A DNA stretch of 64,000 bases from an uncultured cyanobacterium (GCA_963706595.1 OY970166.1:3456001-3520000), one strand, 5' to 3'; numbered from the stretch's first letter, positions 17,209-26,734 are shown. Made by a program: numbers and translations. The notes: generated by a model from the sequence alone, not told the origin.

Positions 17209-19425
17209 ATGAGTGCTGAGAAAACACCAGATGTCGGTGGCGGAATGCCTGTGATTAAATACTGGGCAGAAAAAACCATCTCTGCTGATGGTGTCCAGGT
17301 TTGGCAGAAGTTATTTCACAAAAGTGCTTGTCTTTCCTGCGCGTGGGGGACAGGTGGGCAAAAGGGCGGTTTTGTCAATGAAGATGGTGAAGTTTTACAA
17401 CGCTGCGCGAAAAGTGTAGAAGCGATCGCCTCGGAATTACAAGCCGCAACTACGTTTGAAAAGCAGTATAATCTAGAACAATTACAACAGTTAAATTCTC
17501 AGGCAGCGAATAATTTAGGCAGATTAAGTCATCCTTTAATTTTACGGGCTGGGAGTTCCCACTATGAGCGGATTTCCTGGGATGAAGTGTATGAAATTGC
17601 CGAGACAGCATTTCAAAAACCACCACAGAAATTAGCTTCTTACAGTTCCGGGAGATCATCGAATGAAGCGGCATTCTTGTTACAATTGATGATGCGATCG
17701 CTTGATTCCAATAACCTCGCCGACTGTTCAGACTTGTGTCATGCAGCTTCCACTGTCGGATTAAATCAAATGTTCGGTTCTGGGACTTCCACGGTAAGTT
17801 TAGAAAGTCTCAAACAAGCCGATTGTATAGTTTTAATAGGTTCAAACGCCCCCGCCAACCATCCCCGATTAATGAATGAATTAATCAAATTACGGGAAAG
17901 AGGCGGAAAAGTAATCATTGTTAACCCCACAGTAGAAGTTGGTTTAGTAAAATTCTCCTCCCCAGCCTATCCCATCAAATCTTTACTAGCTGGTGGTTCC
18001 GAAATCTCCTCACTGTACTTGCAACCAATACCCGGTAGTGATGTCGCTTTATTTGTCGGGATTCAAAAAGCATTAATAGCCGAAAATTTAATTAAACGAG
18101 ATTTTCTCCAAGCCTATACCGAAGACTGGGAAAACATTATTCAAAATGCCGAAGCTACCCCTTGGGAAAGCATCACTGCAACTTGTGGTATTTCCCAAGC
18201 CGAAATTATCGCCGCCGCCCGGATAATTGGTACATCGACAGGCGTAGTATTTGCTTGGGCGATGGGAGTCACGCAACAAGAAAACGGTGTTGATAACATT
18301 CATAGTATTGCCAATACTGCCCTGTTAACCGGAAATATTGGTAAACCCGGTGCAGGTACAATGCCGATTCGCGGACACTCAAACGTCCAAGGATTTGGCT
18401 CTATGGGTGTCACCATCAACTTAAAAAAGGAAATTCAGCAAGCTCTAGAAAAACTCCTACAACGTCCTCTGAGTCGCATTCCTGGCTATGATACCAGAGC
18501 ATTAATTACAGCTGCGGAGAAGGGAGAAGTTGACACATTGATTTGTTTGGGAGGAAATCTCTATGCAGCCAACCCAGATTTAAACCAAGCAAAACGCGCC
18601 TTGGGAAAAATTGCCACGATTTTTTATGTCGCCACTAAACCCAATCTCGGACATTTTCACGGTTTAGCCAAGCACAATACAATTATTCTGCCAGTATTTA
18701 CGCGCTTTGAGAATCCCCACAAAACCACCACCGAATCGGGTAATAATTTTGTCCGTCTCAATGATGAGGGAAAAACTCATTTAAAAACGGCTGATTTGAT
18801 TTCTGAAATCGAATTAATTACGCAAATTGCCCATAGAGTTTTAGGAGATACGCCGATAGATTGGCGTAGACTCCAAGATCCAAAATACATCCGCGAACTG
18901 ATTGCAAAGACGATTCCCGGTTACGAAAAAATTGCCGAAATTGATCAGACAGGCGAAGAATTTACAATTGCTGGTAGGATTTTAGATACACCCAAGTTTG
19001 CCACATCAACAGGTAAAGCTAAGATGTTTGTGACTGCTTTACCAAAGTTAAATTTACCAAATAAAACAGACTTTGGTTTTACAGAATCAACCCCAGGAAT
19101 TATCTTAATTTTGGGAACAGGTAGAAGTTATTCCCAGCACAATACAGTTGTTTATAAAGAGGGGGATTATTATCGAGGAATGCCTCACCGTAACTGTATT
19201 TTGATGAATCTTCAAGATATAGAAACAGCAGGTTTTAGCGAACATCAACGAGTGACGGTGCAAGGTGACGCAGGTACGTTAGAAAATGTAGAAATTATTT
19301 GCGGAGACATTCGCGCAGGTGCAGCAATGATGTTTTATCCTGAAGTCAACGTAATTTTTAAAGCCAAAATTGACCAGCGTTCTGGTACACCTGCTTATAA
19401 AAGAGTGCCTGTATTTGTTTATTAA
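17209..19425 (+). CDS. FdhF/YdeP-family molybdopterin oxidoreductase
   Basis: CLSCAWG, YSSGRSSNEAA, NNLADCSDLCH, NAPANHPR, PIRGHSNVQG, TGRSYSQHNT, GTPAYK; likely start MSAEK at 17209. Confidence 0.92.
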   Translation: MSAEKTPDVGGGMPVIKYWAEKTISADGVQVWQKLFHKSACLSCAWGTGGQKGGFVNEDGEVLQRCAKSVEAIASELQAATTFEKQYNLEQLQQLNSQAANNLGRLSHPLILRAGSSHYERISWDEVYEIAETAFQKPPQKLASYSSGRSSNEAAFLLQLMMRSLDSNNLADCSDLCHAASTVGLNQMFGSGTSTVSLESLKQADCIVLIGSNAPANHPRLMNELIKLRERGGKVIIVNPTVEVGLVKFSSPAYPIKSLLAGGSEISSLYLQPIPGSDVALFVGIQKALIAENLIKRDFLQAYTEDWENIIQNAEATPWESITATCGISQAEIIAAARIIGTSTGVVFAWAMGVTQQENGVDNIHSIANTALLTGNIGKPGAGTMPIRGHSNVQGFGSMGVTINLKKEIQQALEKLLQRPLSRIPGYDTRALITAAEKGEVDTLICLGGNLYAANPDLNQAKRALGKIATIFYVATKPNLGHFHGLAKHNTIILPVFTRFENPHKTTTESGNNFVRLNDEGKTHLKTADLISEIELITQIAHRVLGDTPIDWRRLQDPKYIRELIAKTIPGYEKIAEIDQTGEEFTIAGRILDTPKFATSTGKAKMFVTALPKLNLPNKTDFGFTESTPGIILILGTGRSYSQHNTVVYKEGDYYRGMPHRNCILMNLQDIETAGFSEHQRVTVQGDAGTLENVEIICGDIRAGAAMMFYPEVNVIFKAKIDQRSGTPAYKRVPVFVY

Positions 19426-19435
19426 AGAACAAGAA

Positions 19436-19468
19436 AGATCCCCGACTTCTTGTAGAAGTCGGGGATCT
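19436..19468. repeat. AGATCCCCGACTTCT/AGAAGTCGGGGATCT palindrome (copy 2)
   Basis: Perfect 15-bp stem between convergent genes. Confidence 0.85.
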
Positions 19469-19633
19469 GAACCTCGCGCTGTTTACAGTGATGTGTTTTT
19501 TTATTAAGAATTAACGAACCGCAAAGGGCGCAAAGAGCGCTAAGAAAGAAGGAATGAAGAGAAAGAAAAAGGTTGAGTTCTAAATAATAGAATATTTGAA
19601 ATTTACTTGTGAAGCGGGGATATTACCTGCTAA

Positions 19634-22561
19634 TTATCTTAAACCCTGACAGATAAAAGCAGACCAGTAATGAGGAGCAGAAAAAGGAAATTGCTGGGTA
19701 GAGTTTTCGATTTCATTAATTCGTCTGTTAAATTTGGCATACATATTATATTCAGACTCCCATTGCTTATATTCCACGGAACCTGAAATATATTTTTTTC
19801 TATTTCTTATCAGTTCTTTTTCTCTTGGTTCTACTTGCTGAAATATTTGTTTGAGGTCTATTTTTGTAAGTTCGCGTAGCTGAATTTGGGCTTGTCTTAG
19901 TGCTTCAGTACGACTTTGACCTTGTTTTCGGTGCTGGTAGTAGAAAATGGCAAATATTGCTGTCGCTACATCATCTACTTTCCAAAGACTACTGATAACA
20001 CTTCTCGCACCAGCACACAAAAAACCTGTGGAGAGGGTAAGAATATCATCAGTTAAAGAAGGTGTACCTAAATTAGTTTCGCAGCAAGATAGAAACACTT
20101 CTACAAGTTGAGGTAATCGCCAACTTGGTGTCATCAATTGTCCCAAGGTGATGCTGCTACCATGCGCTAATGTTAACTGTGATTCTAAAGGATTATCGAG
20201 GCGAGATTGGGCATGGTGACAGGAATGAAGTCCTTGGACTTGTTGTGCTAACTTGCGATAATTCTTAGAAGTCGCTTGATTACTGCCGATTAATCTATTT
20301 TCTCGTGGAATATTATACATTTTGGCAATTTCTTCACCTTCAAATATGGAGCAGGGAAGGTCATCTTCTGCATCTTCCACGGTTCCATATTGTAGAGACA
20401 TTTGATTAGATGTCTCTATGGTTTTATGTGGTTGACAAAATTCTAAAATTTGGCAGCTTGGAGTGTAGCGAATCAGAAATTTATCTCCTAAATATTCCTG
20501 ATATTCTCCTGTAGGTAAAGCCGCGAAGGGAATCTGATGAAGTAACAGGTGAGGGACTAAAATTAATTCTTCTATTCCTTCAAGATGTTGGGATATAAGT
20601 TCAGCTATTTGCAAGCGTTCAGCTAGTTCGTGGAGAATACTGTGAATATCAGTTTCCCATTTTTGGGGTTCATTCATATAAGGCAATAACCAATTCTGGT
20701 TAATCCAGCCTTGCAATGTTTCTAGCCCTTGTCCTGTGCAAGTGTGGAGACTAATTTGGCTTTGCTGAACGACAAAAATATGGGTGTCGCTGTTGGTGGT
20801 ATAAAAACTGAGGATAGCTGTATTAGGTAGGTCAATTAGCTTCTGAATTTCTGACAAGCTGAGGGGGTTAACTTGAATTTCTCCAGCTAATACGGGATCT
20901 TCGCGTCTGAGATTTTCCCAAACTTGTTGTTTGTCTGTTTCTAAAGATGCGATCGCTTCATTATAAGCGTCCCAAGCAGCCCGTGTGTCACTACGTTTAT
21001 TTTCAGATTTATGGCGTTGGCGTTCTTCGTCAATTTGTCGTTGCAATTCTTCATACTGCTGCAATAACTCTTGGACTTTTGGAGGAATTTCGCCACCTTG
21101 GTAGAGGTCATTACTTGCCATTAAGTCTACCAGACGTTTGGAACGCGATCGCTCTGAATATTCAAAAGCTTTTTCTATTTGTCCAGCGTTGATGCAAGCT
21201 TGCACCATATTTTCGTAAATACCGATGGATTTTTCCAGGATTTCCTGACGACGATATTCAGATTTTGTCCAAGAACGACTAGTTTCTACAGCTTGAATAG
21301 CTAGTCCATATCCTGCGATAGCTTCTGACCATAATTCGGCATGAAAAGTCATATTGCCTAGATTATATGCAGAGTTGAGGGACATAAGTGGAAAAGCAGT
21401 ATGTGTGTATACTTTTAGTGCTGACTTAAACTTTTCTATTGCTTTATCAATTTGTCCTTTATCACGGTAGGCAGCACCTAAATTATTTTGTGTGGTTGCC
21501 CATTCTTCGGGAAAATCTTCTATGGTACGAACTTTCAAAGCTTGTTCATAATAGCGGATAGCTGATTCTATATTTTGTGGCTTATCGCCATCAATCCGAG
21601 TACAGTAAGCATTTCCCAAATTATTTTGAATTTTAGCCCAATATTGTGGAAATAAAGGTCTTGTAAATACTTGCAATGCTAATTCATACATTTTGATAGC
21701 TTCTTCAATATTATGCGCTCTATTAATACCAATTGTTTGGCAGTAGGCATTACCCAGATTTATATTTATTTCAGCCGATTTTTGAGTCAATTTGTGCTGA
21801 TTATATGTTTGTAAAGCATTTTGATAGCAAATAATCGCTGTTTCTAAATTTTCAGATTTATCGCCGTAACTAATTGCAAGATAAGCACTTCCTAAATTAC
21901 TTTGTGTATCTGCCCACCTTTCAGGGAATATTTCCCGTTTATAAACTTGCAAAGCATTTTGATAGCAAATAATCGCTGTTTCTAAATTAGAAAATTGTTC
22001 ACCATGAATTCTATCAAGATAGGCATTTCCTAAATTAATCTGTGTATCTGCCCACATTTCAGGCAATTTTTCATAGTTACGAACTAGCAAGGCATTTTTA
22101 TAACAAAGAATCGCTGTTTCCAAATTTTTATCTCGTTCTTCACGTAGCCTTTTACAGAATGCATTCCCTAAACTGTTTTGGGCAGTAGCCCATTCTTCTT
22201 TATATATTTTTTGGCTGAAAACACTTTCAACTATTTGGTAGCCAATAATAGCAATTTCTAAATTAATAGCTGGAACGCCCAAGGAAAAATCCTGAATAAC
22301 ATTGCTGAAGTTGACAATATCAACTGCAATTGCATATGCATTTTTTTCGTCTACTCTAGATAAGGTATCTAATGTCCAACTTCGCCATACTTGAATTAGC
22401 TGATCATCCAGTTTATTCAGGTTAGTTTGCAGTAATGAAGATATTGCCTGGGAGTTACCGTGGCTGTTGTGAGTTATCTGCAATACTTCAAGCAAAAAAT
22501 CAAGATAATACTTGCGGTTTTTTTTACCCTTTTTTAGTTCAGAGCCGAATCCTTTCGCCAT
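19634..22561 (-). CDS. TPR-repeat plus CHAT (caspase-like) protease
   Basis: ~46-aa TPR-like repeats (WAxTQNNLGxAY), AFEYSERSRSKRL linker, LVPHLLLHQIPFAALP, His motif LHSCHHA, Cys motif VFLSCCET, SSLWKVDD, PHYWSAF. Confidence 0.95.
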   Translation of the reverse strand: MAKGFGSELKKGKKNRKYYLDFLLEVLQITHNSHGNSQAISSLLQTNLNKLDDQLIQVWRSWTLDTLSRVDEKNAYAIAVDIVNFSNVIQDFSLGVPAINLEIAIIGYQIVESVFSQKIYKEEWATAQNSLGNAFCKRLREERDKNLETAILCYKNALLVRNYEKLPEMWADTQINLGNAYLDRIHGEQFSNLETAIICYQNALQVYKREIFPERWADTQSNLGSAYLAISYGDKSENLETAIICYQNALQTYNQHKLTQKSAEININLGNAYCQTIGINRAHNIEEAIKMYELALQVFTRPLFPQYWAKIQNNLGNAYCTRIDGDKPQNIESAIRYYEQALKVRTIEDFPEEWATTQNNLGAAYRDKGQIDKAIEKFKSALKVYTHTAFPLMSLNSAYNLGNMTFHAELWSEAIAGYGLAIQAVETSRSWTKSEYRRQEILEKSIGIYENMVQACINAGQIEKAFEYSERSRSKRLVDLMASNDLYQGGEIPPKVQELLQQYEELQRQIDEERQRHKSENKRSDTRAAWDAYNEAIASLETDKQQVWENLRREDPVLAGEIQVNPLSLSEIQKLIDLPNTAILSFYTTNSDTHIFVVQQSQISLHTCTGQGLETLQGWINQNWLLPYMNEPQKWETDIHSILHELAERLQIAELISQHLEGIEELILVPHLLLHQIPFAALPTGEYQEYLGDKFLIRYTPSCQILEFCQPHKTIETSNQMSLQYGTVEDAEDDLPCSIFEGEEIAKMYNIPRENRLIGSNQATSKNYRKLAQQVQGLHSCHHAQSRLDNPLESQLTLAHGSSITLGQLMTPSWRLPQLVEVFLSCCETNLGTPSLTDDILTLSTGFLCAGARSVISSLWKVDDVATAIFAIFYYQHRKQGQSRTEALRQAQIQLRELTKIDLKQIFQQVEPREKELIRNRKKYISGSVEYKQWESEYNMYAKFNRRINEIENSTQQFPFSAPHYWSAFICQGLR

Positions 22562-22576
22562 TTATTTAGGTACTTT

Positions 22577-23311
22577 CTATTTATGATTATCAAAAACTTC
22601 TGCCAACTTCTCCACCAGTTCCTCTGCTAAATCCAATAACTCAATTTCATCAATTTCATCAACTTGATCAATAGTTCCGCGATTCCTTTCTCCAACTGCC
22701 ACATTACCAACTAAGATATTTTTTACATAAAAAATCCGGTCTTCTTCCTCCGAAAGACTCAGACATTTTTCCAACTCTACAGCAACTTCCTGGGTTGTCC
22801 TTGCACCTAAACGCGCTCTCACTTTCACCGCTACTAAATCGTCACTTTCCAGGAATTTTACCAAAGCTATTCTCAGTCCATCATCCTGCTTAGAAAACTT
22901 CTCAATTGCTGCACAAACATATTCCCGCACACTCATGTTTGCCGCCAATGCCTTTTGTCCAACTACATCTGGGACATCTACCAGTAATACACCTTCATTA
23001 TCGCTGGCTTGATATAATTCATCCTCTTTTTTCACAGCTACCAGCAAATCAGCACCCAACGCGTGTAAATAGTGCAACACTGATTCCAACTCATGTTCCT
23101 TTAACGCCGACTCCAATTTAGACACCGCCGCTTGCTGCACTCCTAGTTTTTCCGCTAGCTGCGCCTGAGTCAATCCTGCCTTATTACGTATTTCCCGCAT
23201 CGCATCTGTTAGATATAGACGCAGGTACTCTAACTTACCCGCCAAAATCACTTCTGGATCTTCGCTGACCTGTTGCTGTAACCAAGCTTGAAAATTAGGC
23301 TTTTTCATCAC
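22577..23311 (-). CDS. XRE/HigA-like antitoxin fused to an RHH-like segment and an acidic C-terminal domain
   Basis: REIRNKAGLTQAQLAEKLGVQQAAVSKLE HTH; ATGA overlap with the toxin stop; 244 aa, about twice a typical HigA. Confidence 0.85.
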   Translation of the reverse strand: MMKKPNFQAWLQQQVSEDPEVILAGKLEYLRLYLTDAMREIRNKAGLTQAQLAEKLGVQQAAVSKLESALKEHELESVLHYLHALGADLLVAVKKEDELYQASDNEGVLLVDVPDVVGQKALAANMSVREYVCAAIEKFSKQDDGLRIALVKFLESDDLVAVKVRARLGARTTQEVAVELEKCLSLSEEEDRIFYVKNILVGNVAVGERNRGTIDQVDEIDEIELLDLAEELVEKLAEVFDNHK

Positions 23312-23712
23312 TGTTCCCTCTGCTGCAATTCACGCAATCTTACTCTTGCAGGTTCTTTGTCTCTATCTTTGATAGCGCCGTCGTATTTTTTCATAAAGGC
23401 GTGCAACACAATAAACTTCTGAGGAGTAGCAGCCGTTAAGATAAACCGGGGATTATGTTCACTCTTAGTCATACGTAACTCATACAGGTCATCTTCCAGC
23501 TTCTCAAAGATTCCACTGGTCAGTGATAACAGTCCTTTGTTGCACAGGTAGCCGAGATTAACTTGCAGACGCTTAGTTTCGGAAGCACTCAGTAATGGCT
23601 TTGGTGGATTCTCTGGTTGTTCCTCTGGCGGAATCATGCGAATGAAAAAAGCAAGTAAATCTTTGGGGATTTCCCCATCGATATCTTGATAAAGTTCCCA
23701 ATTCCAACTCAC
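23308..23712 (-). CDS. RelE/ParE-superfamily toxin (Gp49/HigB-like)
   Basis: FEKLEDDLYELR...PRFI...FIVLHAFMKK...ARVRLREL; toxin-before-antitoxin order as in higBA. Confidence 0.85.
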   Translation of the reverse strand: MSWNWELYQDIDGEIPKDLLAFFIRMIPPEEQPENPPKPLLSASETKRLQVNLGYLCNKGLLSLTSGIFEKLEDDLYELRMTKSEHNPRFILTAATPQKFIVLHAFMKKYDGAIKDRDKEPARVRLRELQQREQ

Positions 23713-23724
23713 TTCCTACCTCAC

Positions 23725-23777
23725 AATATATTATTCCTTAGCAGGAATGTCAATATGTTTATTCTTTACAAGGAATA
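23725..23777 (-). promoter_or_regulatory. Sigma70 promoter with two tandem operators
   Basis: TTGACA (23753-23748), 17-bp spacer, TATATT (23730-23725); ATTCCT-N4-AGGAAT at 23733-23748 and ATTCTT-N4-AGGAAT at 23761-23776. Confidence 0.8.
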
Positions 23778-23829
23778 TCATATAAAATAAGTGAGTGCAA
23801 CTAAGCTAATCAAAGATTTAGCCATAAAA

Positions 23830-23861
23830 ATGGCGCGTTAGGCAAAACCAAAACGCACCAT
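23830..23861 (-). terminator. Stem-loop downstream of lysS
   Basis: ATGGCGCGTT...AACGCACCAT imperfect inverted repeat, followed by a T-run on the - strand. Confidence 0.55.
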
Positions 23862-23883
23862 GTTAGTTGTATATTTAAGTACC

Positions 23884-25569
23884 TTAACTCAATTGTTCAT
23901 GCTTAAATTTCCCTTTAATGGATTTGTTAAAGTATTGACCTTTAGACGGTGCATTGTCTAAGTCTTCCTTGACGCTAGGAGGTACTTTGAAATACTCGTA
24001 AACACTGCCACTATCAAATTCAATAGTCAGTGTTTGAGTTTGGGGATTATAGCTAAATTGCCTAATCACGCTGCCTTCTGGCTTGAGTAACGGAAAGGCG
24101 ATCGCATCCCGAATACTGGCACAATCAGTTAATAGCATCACTAACCGATCAATCCCAATCCCCAAACCACCTGTAGGCGGCATTCCGTATTCCAAAGCTG
24201 TGATAAAGTCCTCATCGACACCTTGGGCTTCTAAATCACCAGCAGCTTTCAGCGCCGCTTGGGCTTCTAAACGTTCTCTTTGATCTACTGGGTCTGTTAA
24301 CTCAGAGAAACTGTTAGCAGTCTCACGCCCCACGATAAATAATTCAAATCGTTCTACCAAACCCGGCTGAGAACGATGAGGTTTAGCTAAAGGTGAAATT
24401 TCTACAGGATAATCTGTGACAAAAGTCGGCTGAATTAAGTTTTCTTCTATCTTTTGTTCAAAAGCTGCATTCAAAAGTTTGCCAATTGTGGGGATATCTT
24501 CTATACCATGAAGCCCCGCATTTTTACTCGCCGCTTTCGCCTCTTCCAATGTCGAGAAAGAATTGAAATCCAAGCCTGTATATTCTTTAACTAAATCGTG
24601 CATCGTCACCCGTCGCCAAGGTGCTGATAAATCTATCGGTCTGCCTTGGTAGGTAATTTGTAGTGTGCCGAGTACCTCTTGGGCAACAGTGGTAATAATT
24701 CCCTCTGTCAGCGCCATCATATCGTTGTAATCAACGTAGGCTTGGTAAACCTCAATTGAGGTAAATTCGGGATTGTGGCGAGTTGATACGCCCTCATTCC
24801 GAAAAATTCGCCCTAATTCAAACACCTTTTCAAAACCACCGACAATCAACCGTTTTAAATGCAGTTCTGTAGCAATTCGTAGATACAACTGCATCTCTAA
24901 GGTGTTGTGGTAAGTCACAAACGGACGCGCATCAGCACCGCCAGCTTCACTTTGCAAAACAGGCGTTTCAATTTCCAGAAAATCCCGTTCTGTCAAATAG
25001 CGGCGAATCCCCGCAGTAATTTGGGCGCGACGGCGGAAGGTTTGCCGCACTTCGGGATTAACAATTAAATCAACATAGCGCTGACGGTAGCGTTTCGCCA
25101 CATCCGTTAAACCATGCCACTTGTCGGGTAGAGGCAACAGGGATTTTGTCAGGATGCTGTATTCTTTGACGTAAACAGATAATTCGCCCTTTTCAGTCCG
25201 TTTAATAGTGCCTTTGACTCCCAGAATATCACCTGCATCTGTAAGTTGTTTGAGGTGAGCGAAGGCATCAGCATCAGCCTCTCCCATGCATTCTTGGATA
25301 CGGCTTTTCTCTAAATAAAGTTGAATAGTGCCAGTTTCATCTTGCAGCGTGAAGAAAGCCAGTTTACCGAAAACACGACGCGCCATAATGCGCCCAGCAA
25401 CGGCAACATCTAGATCAACTTCTTCACCACTGGGTAAATCAGCAAATTTTGCTTGCAATTCGGCTGTGTGATGAGTAGACTCCCAACGATAGGCGTAAGG
25501 ATTAGATCCTAGCTGCTTGAGTTGGTTGACTTTTTCCAGCCTAGCGGCACGGATATCTTCTTCCGACAT
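23884..25569 (-). CDS. lysS: Lysine--tRNA ligase (class II) with C-terminal KTSC domain
   Basis: OB fold, [18 protein letters not shown]...[21 protein letters not shown]-terminal [24 protein letters not shown]...[11 protein letters not shown] is KTSC. Confidence 0.98.
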   Translation of the reverse strand: MSEEDIRAARLEKVNQLKQLGSNPYAYRWESTHHTAELQAKFADLPSGEEVDLDVAVAGRIMARRVFGKLAFFTLQDETGTIQLYLEKSRIQECMGEADADAFAHLKQLTDAGDILGVKGTIKRTEKGELSVYVKEYSILTKSLLPLPDKWHGLTDVAKRYRQRYVDLIVNPEVRQTFRRRAQITAGIRRYLTERDFLEIETPVLQSEAGGADARPFVTYHNTLEMQLYLRIATELHLKRLIVGGFEKVFELGRIFRNEGVSTRHNPEFTSIEVYQAYVDYNDMMALTEGIITTVAQEVLGTLQITYQGRPIDLSAPWRRVTMHDLVKEYTGLDFNSFSTLEEAKAASKNAGLHGIEDIPTIGKLLNAAFEQKIEENLIQPTFVTDYPVEISPLAKPHRSQPGLVERFELFIVGRETANSFSELTDPVDQRERLEAQAALKAAGDLEAQGVDEDFITALEYGMPPTGGLGIGIDRLVMLLTDCASIRDAIAFPLLKPEGSVIRQFSYNPQTQTLTIEFDSGSVYEYFKVPPSVKEDLDNAPSKGQYFNKSIKGKFKHEQLS

Positions 25570-25634
25570 GGTAAGGGACTAAATAGGGCAACATATATTA
25601 TAGATGCTGCAAAAGTTGACAGTCATAGATATTT

Positions 25635-25960
25635 TTGACACTCTGCGGTCTGTTCGCGCAGCGTCTCCCCTTGGGAGAAGACGCGCAGATTCTCTAAGGC
25701 TTGGCTTAAAAGCGATAGTCAAATATCCCCCTAGACGCTCAAAACAACTACCAGTAGTATCCGGTATTGCAATTGCGCTTACTTGAGATTTTAATTAATG
25801 CTTTGGGAGTTCATCACTTACCAGTTCGGTACGCTCCATGTTTTCCCATTACTTGTTTATCCAGGGCTACAACTTGTGTAGGTACGAGATAAATCAGGGG
25901 TTACTCCTTACAAAACACTTCAAAACGTAGATGATTATTCCTACTCACAATCTTATATTA
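25635..25960 (-). mobile_element. Non-autonomous IS200/IS605 remnant (tnpB 3' end, right end, omegaRNA-like region)
   Basis: - strand ends AGAATCTGCGCGTCTT[26-bp insert]AGACCGCAGAGTGTCAA, matching the right end of the tnpB element near 31110; residual frame ..GGYLTIAFKPSLRESARL resembles TnpB tails; left boundary approximate. Confidence 0.65.
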
Positions 25961-26025
25961 TCATTTTTGACCCTTCTCTGCGAGACACTACTTAAATTCT
26001 GTATGGGATATATTCCATGAGACTT

Positions 26026-26454
26026 TCAATTTTGCCCTATTTGTAGCGAATTCCGAGATGAAATAGCCTGCATTTTCAGGTTAGTAAATTCCATGATCGC
26101 ATTTACCAGGTCTTTTTGTTCTGGTGGCAAGTTGAGTTTTTTTAAGCCCTGATTGATATCATCGCCAGAACGCATATTGTGAGACAGTTTGGTTCGCTGA
26201 GATGAATTCAATACTGCTCCGATTTCTCGGTTTCTTCTCTGACGTACAGCTTGGATTTGTTGCTGCTGTTGCGGTGTCAGGTTAGTATCCGAAAATAAGC
26301 TAGACCCAGTATTTGTGTTGTCAATTTGGGCAATCATGATACTAGGAGCAGAATGGATTTGAACTGGTGCAGCCAAGGCAATTCCCGGAATCAAAATCAC
26401 AAAGGTCAGAATACTAGCGAATACGGTTAGCCGTTTTATCAGGTGAATTGCCAT
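26026..26454 (-). CDS. Secreted helical protein, Spy/CpxP-like
   Basis: Signal peptide, NLTPQQQQQI and VLNSSQR LTxxQ-like motifs. Confidence 0.65.
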   Translation of the reverse strand: MAIHLIKRLTVFASILTFVILIPGIALAAPVQIHSAPSIMIAQIDNTNTGSSLFSDTNLTPQQQQQIQAVRQRRNREIGAVLNSSQRTKLSHNMRSGDDINQGLKKLNLPPEQKDLVNAIMEFTNLKMQAISSRNSLQIGQN

Positions 26455-26562
26455 ATTTTGAAGTGCCTACATCGAATTTTCTGCTGAGATTATATTTCAG
26501 CAATTTTCCACTGTGTTAGTTAAGGGGACAGCAGTCCACCTAGAAAGTATTATCTAACGTCA

Positions 26563-26734
26563 GGGAATCTTGAAAGATAAATTATGCTACAGCCTCTGTC
26601 TATAGGTAAGGTGTTTACCCTACAAAAATGGTGGGAAAATATTTATTGAGTCATAAAATATACTAACGTTAGCGGGCAAGATGCCCGCTCTACAAGAAAT
26701 TTAAGTTTGGGATATTTTTTTATTTGTCAATCCC
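26563..26734. mobile_element. Degenerate MITE of the GGGAC-TIR family with an internal REP palindrome
   Basis: Ends GGGAATCTTGAAAGATAAATTATGC and (reverse complement) GGGATTGACAAATAAAAAA resemble the TIRs of 2627-2773; internal AGCGGGCA-AGA-TGCCCGCT. Confidence 0.5.

Noticed and set aside
25604..25786. 60-aa ORF on the + strand
   Set aside because: It is the antisense reading of the IS right-end remnant and its inserted repeat.
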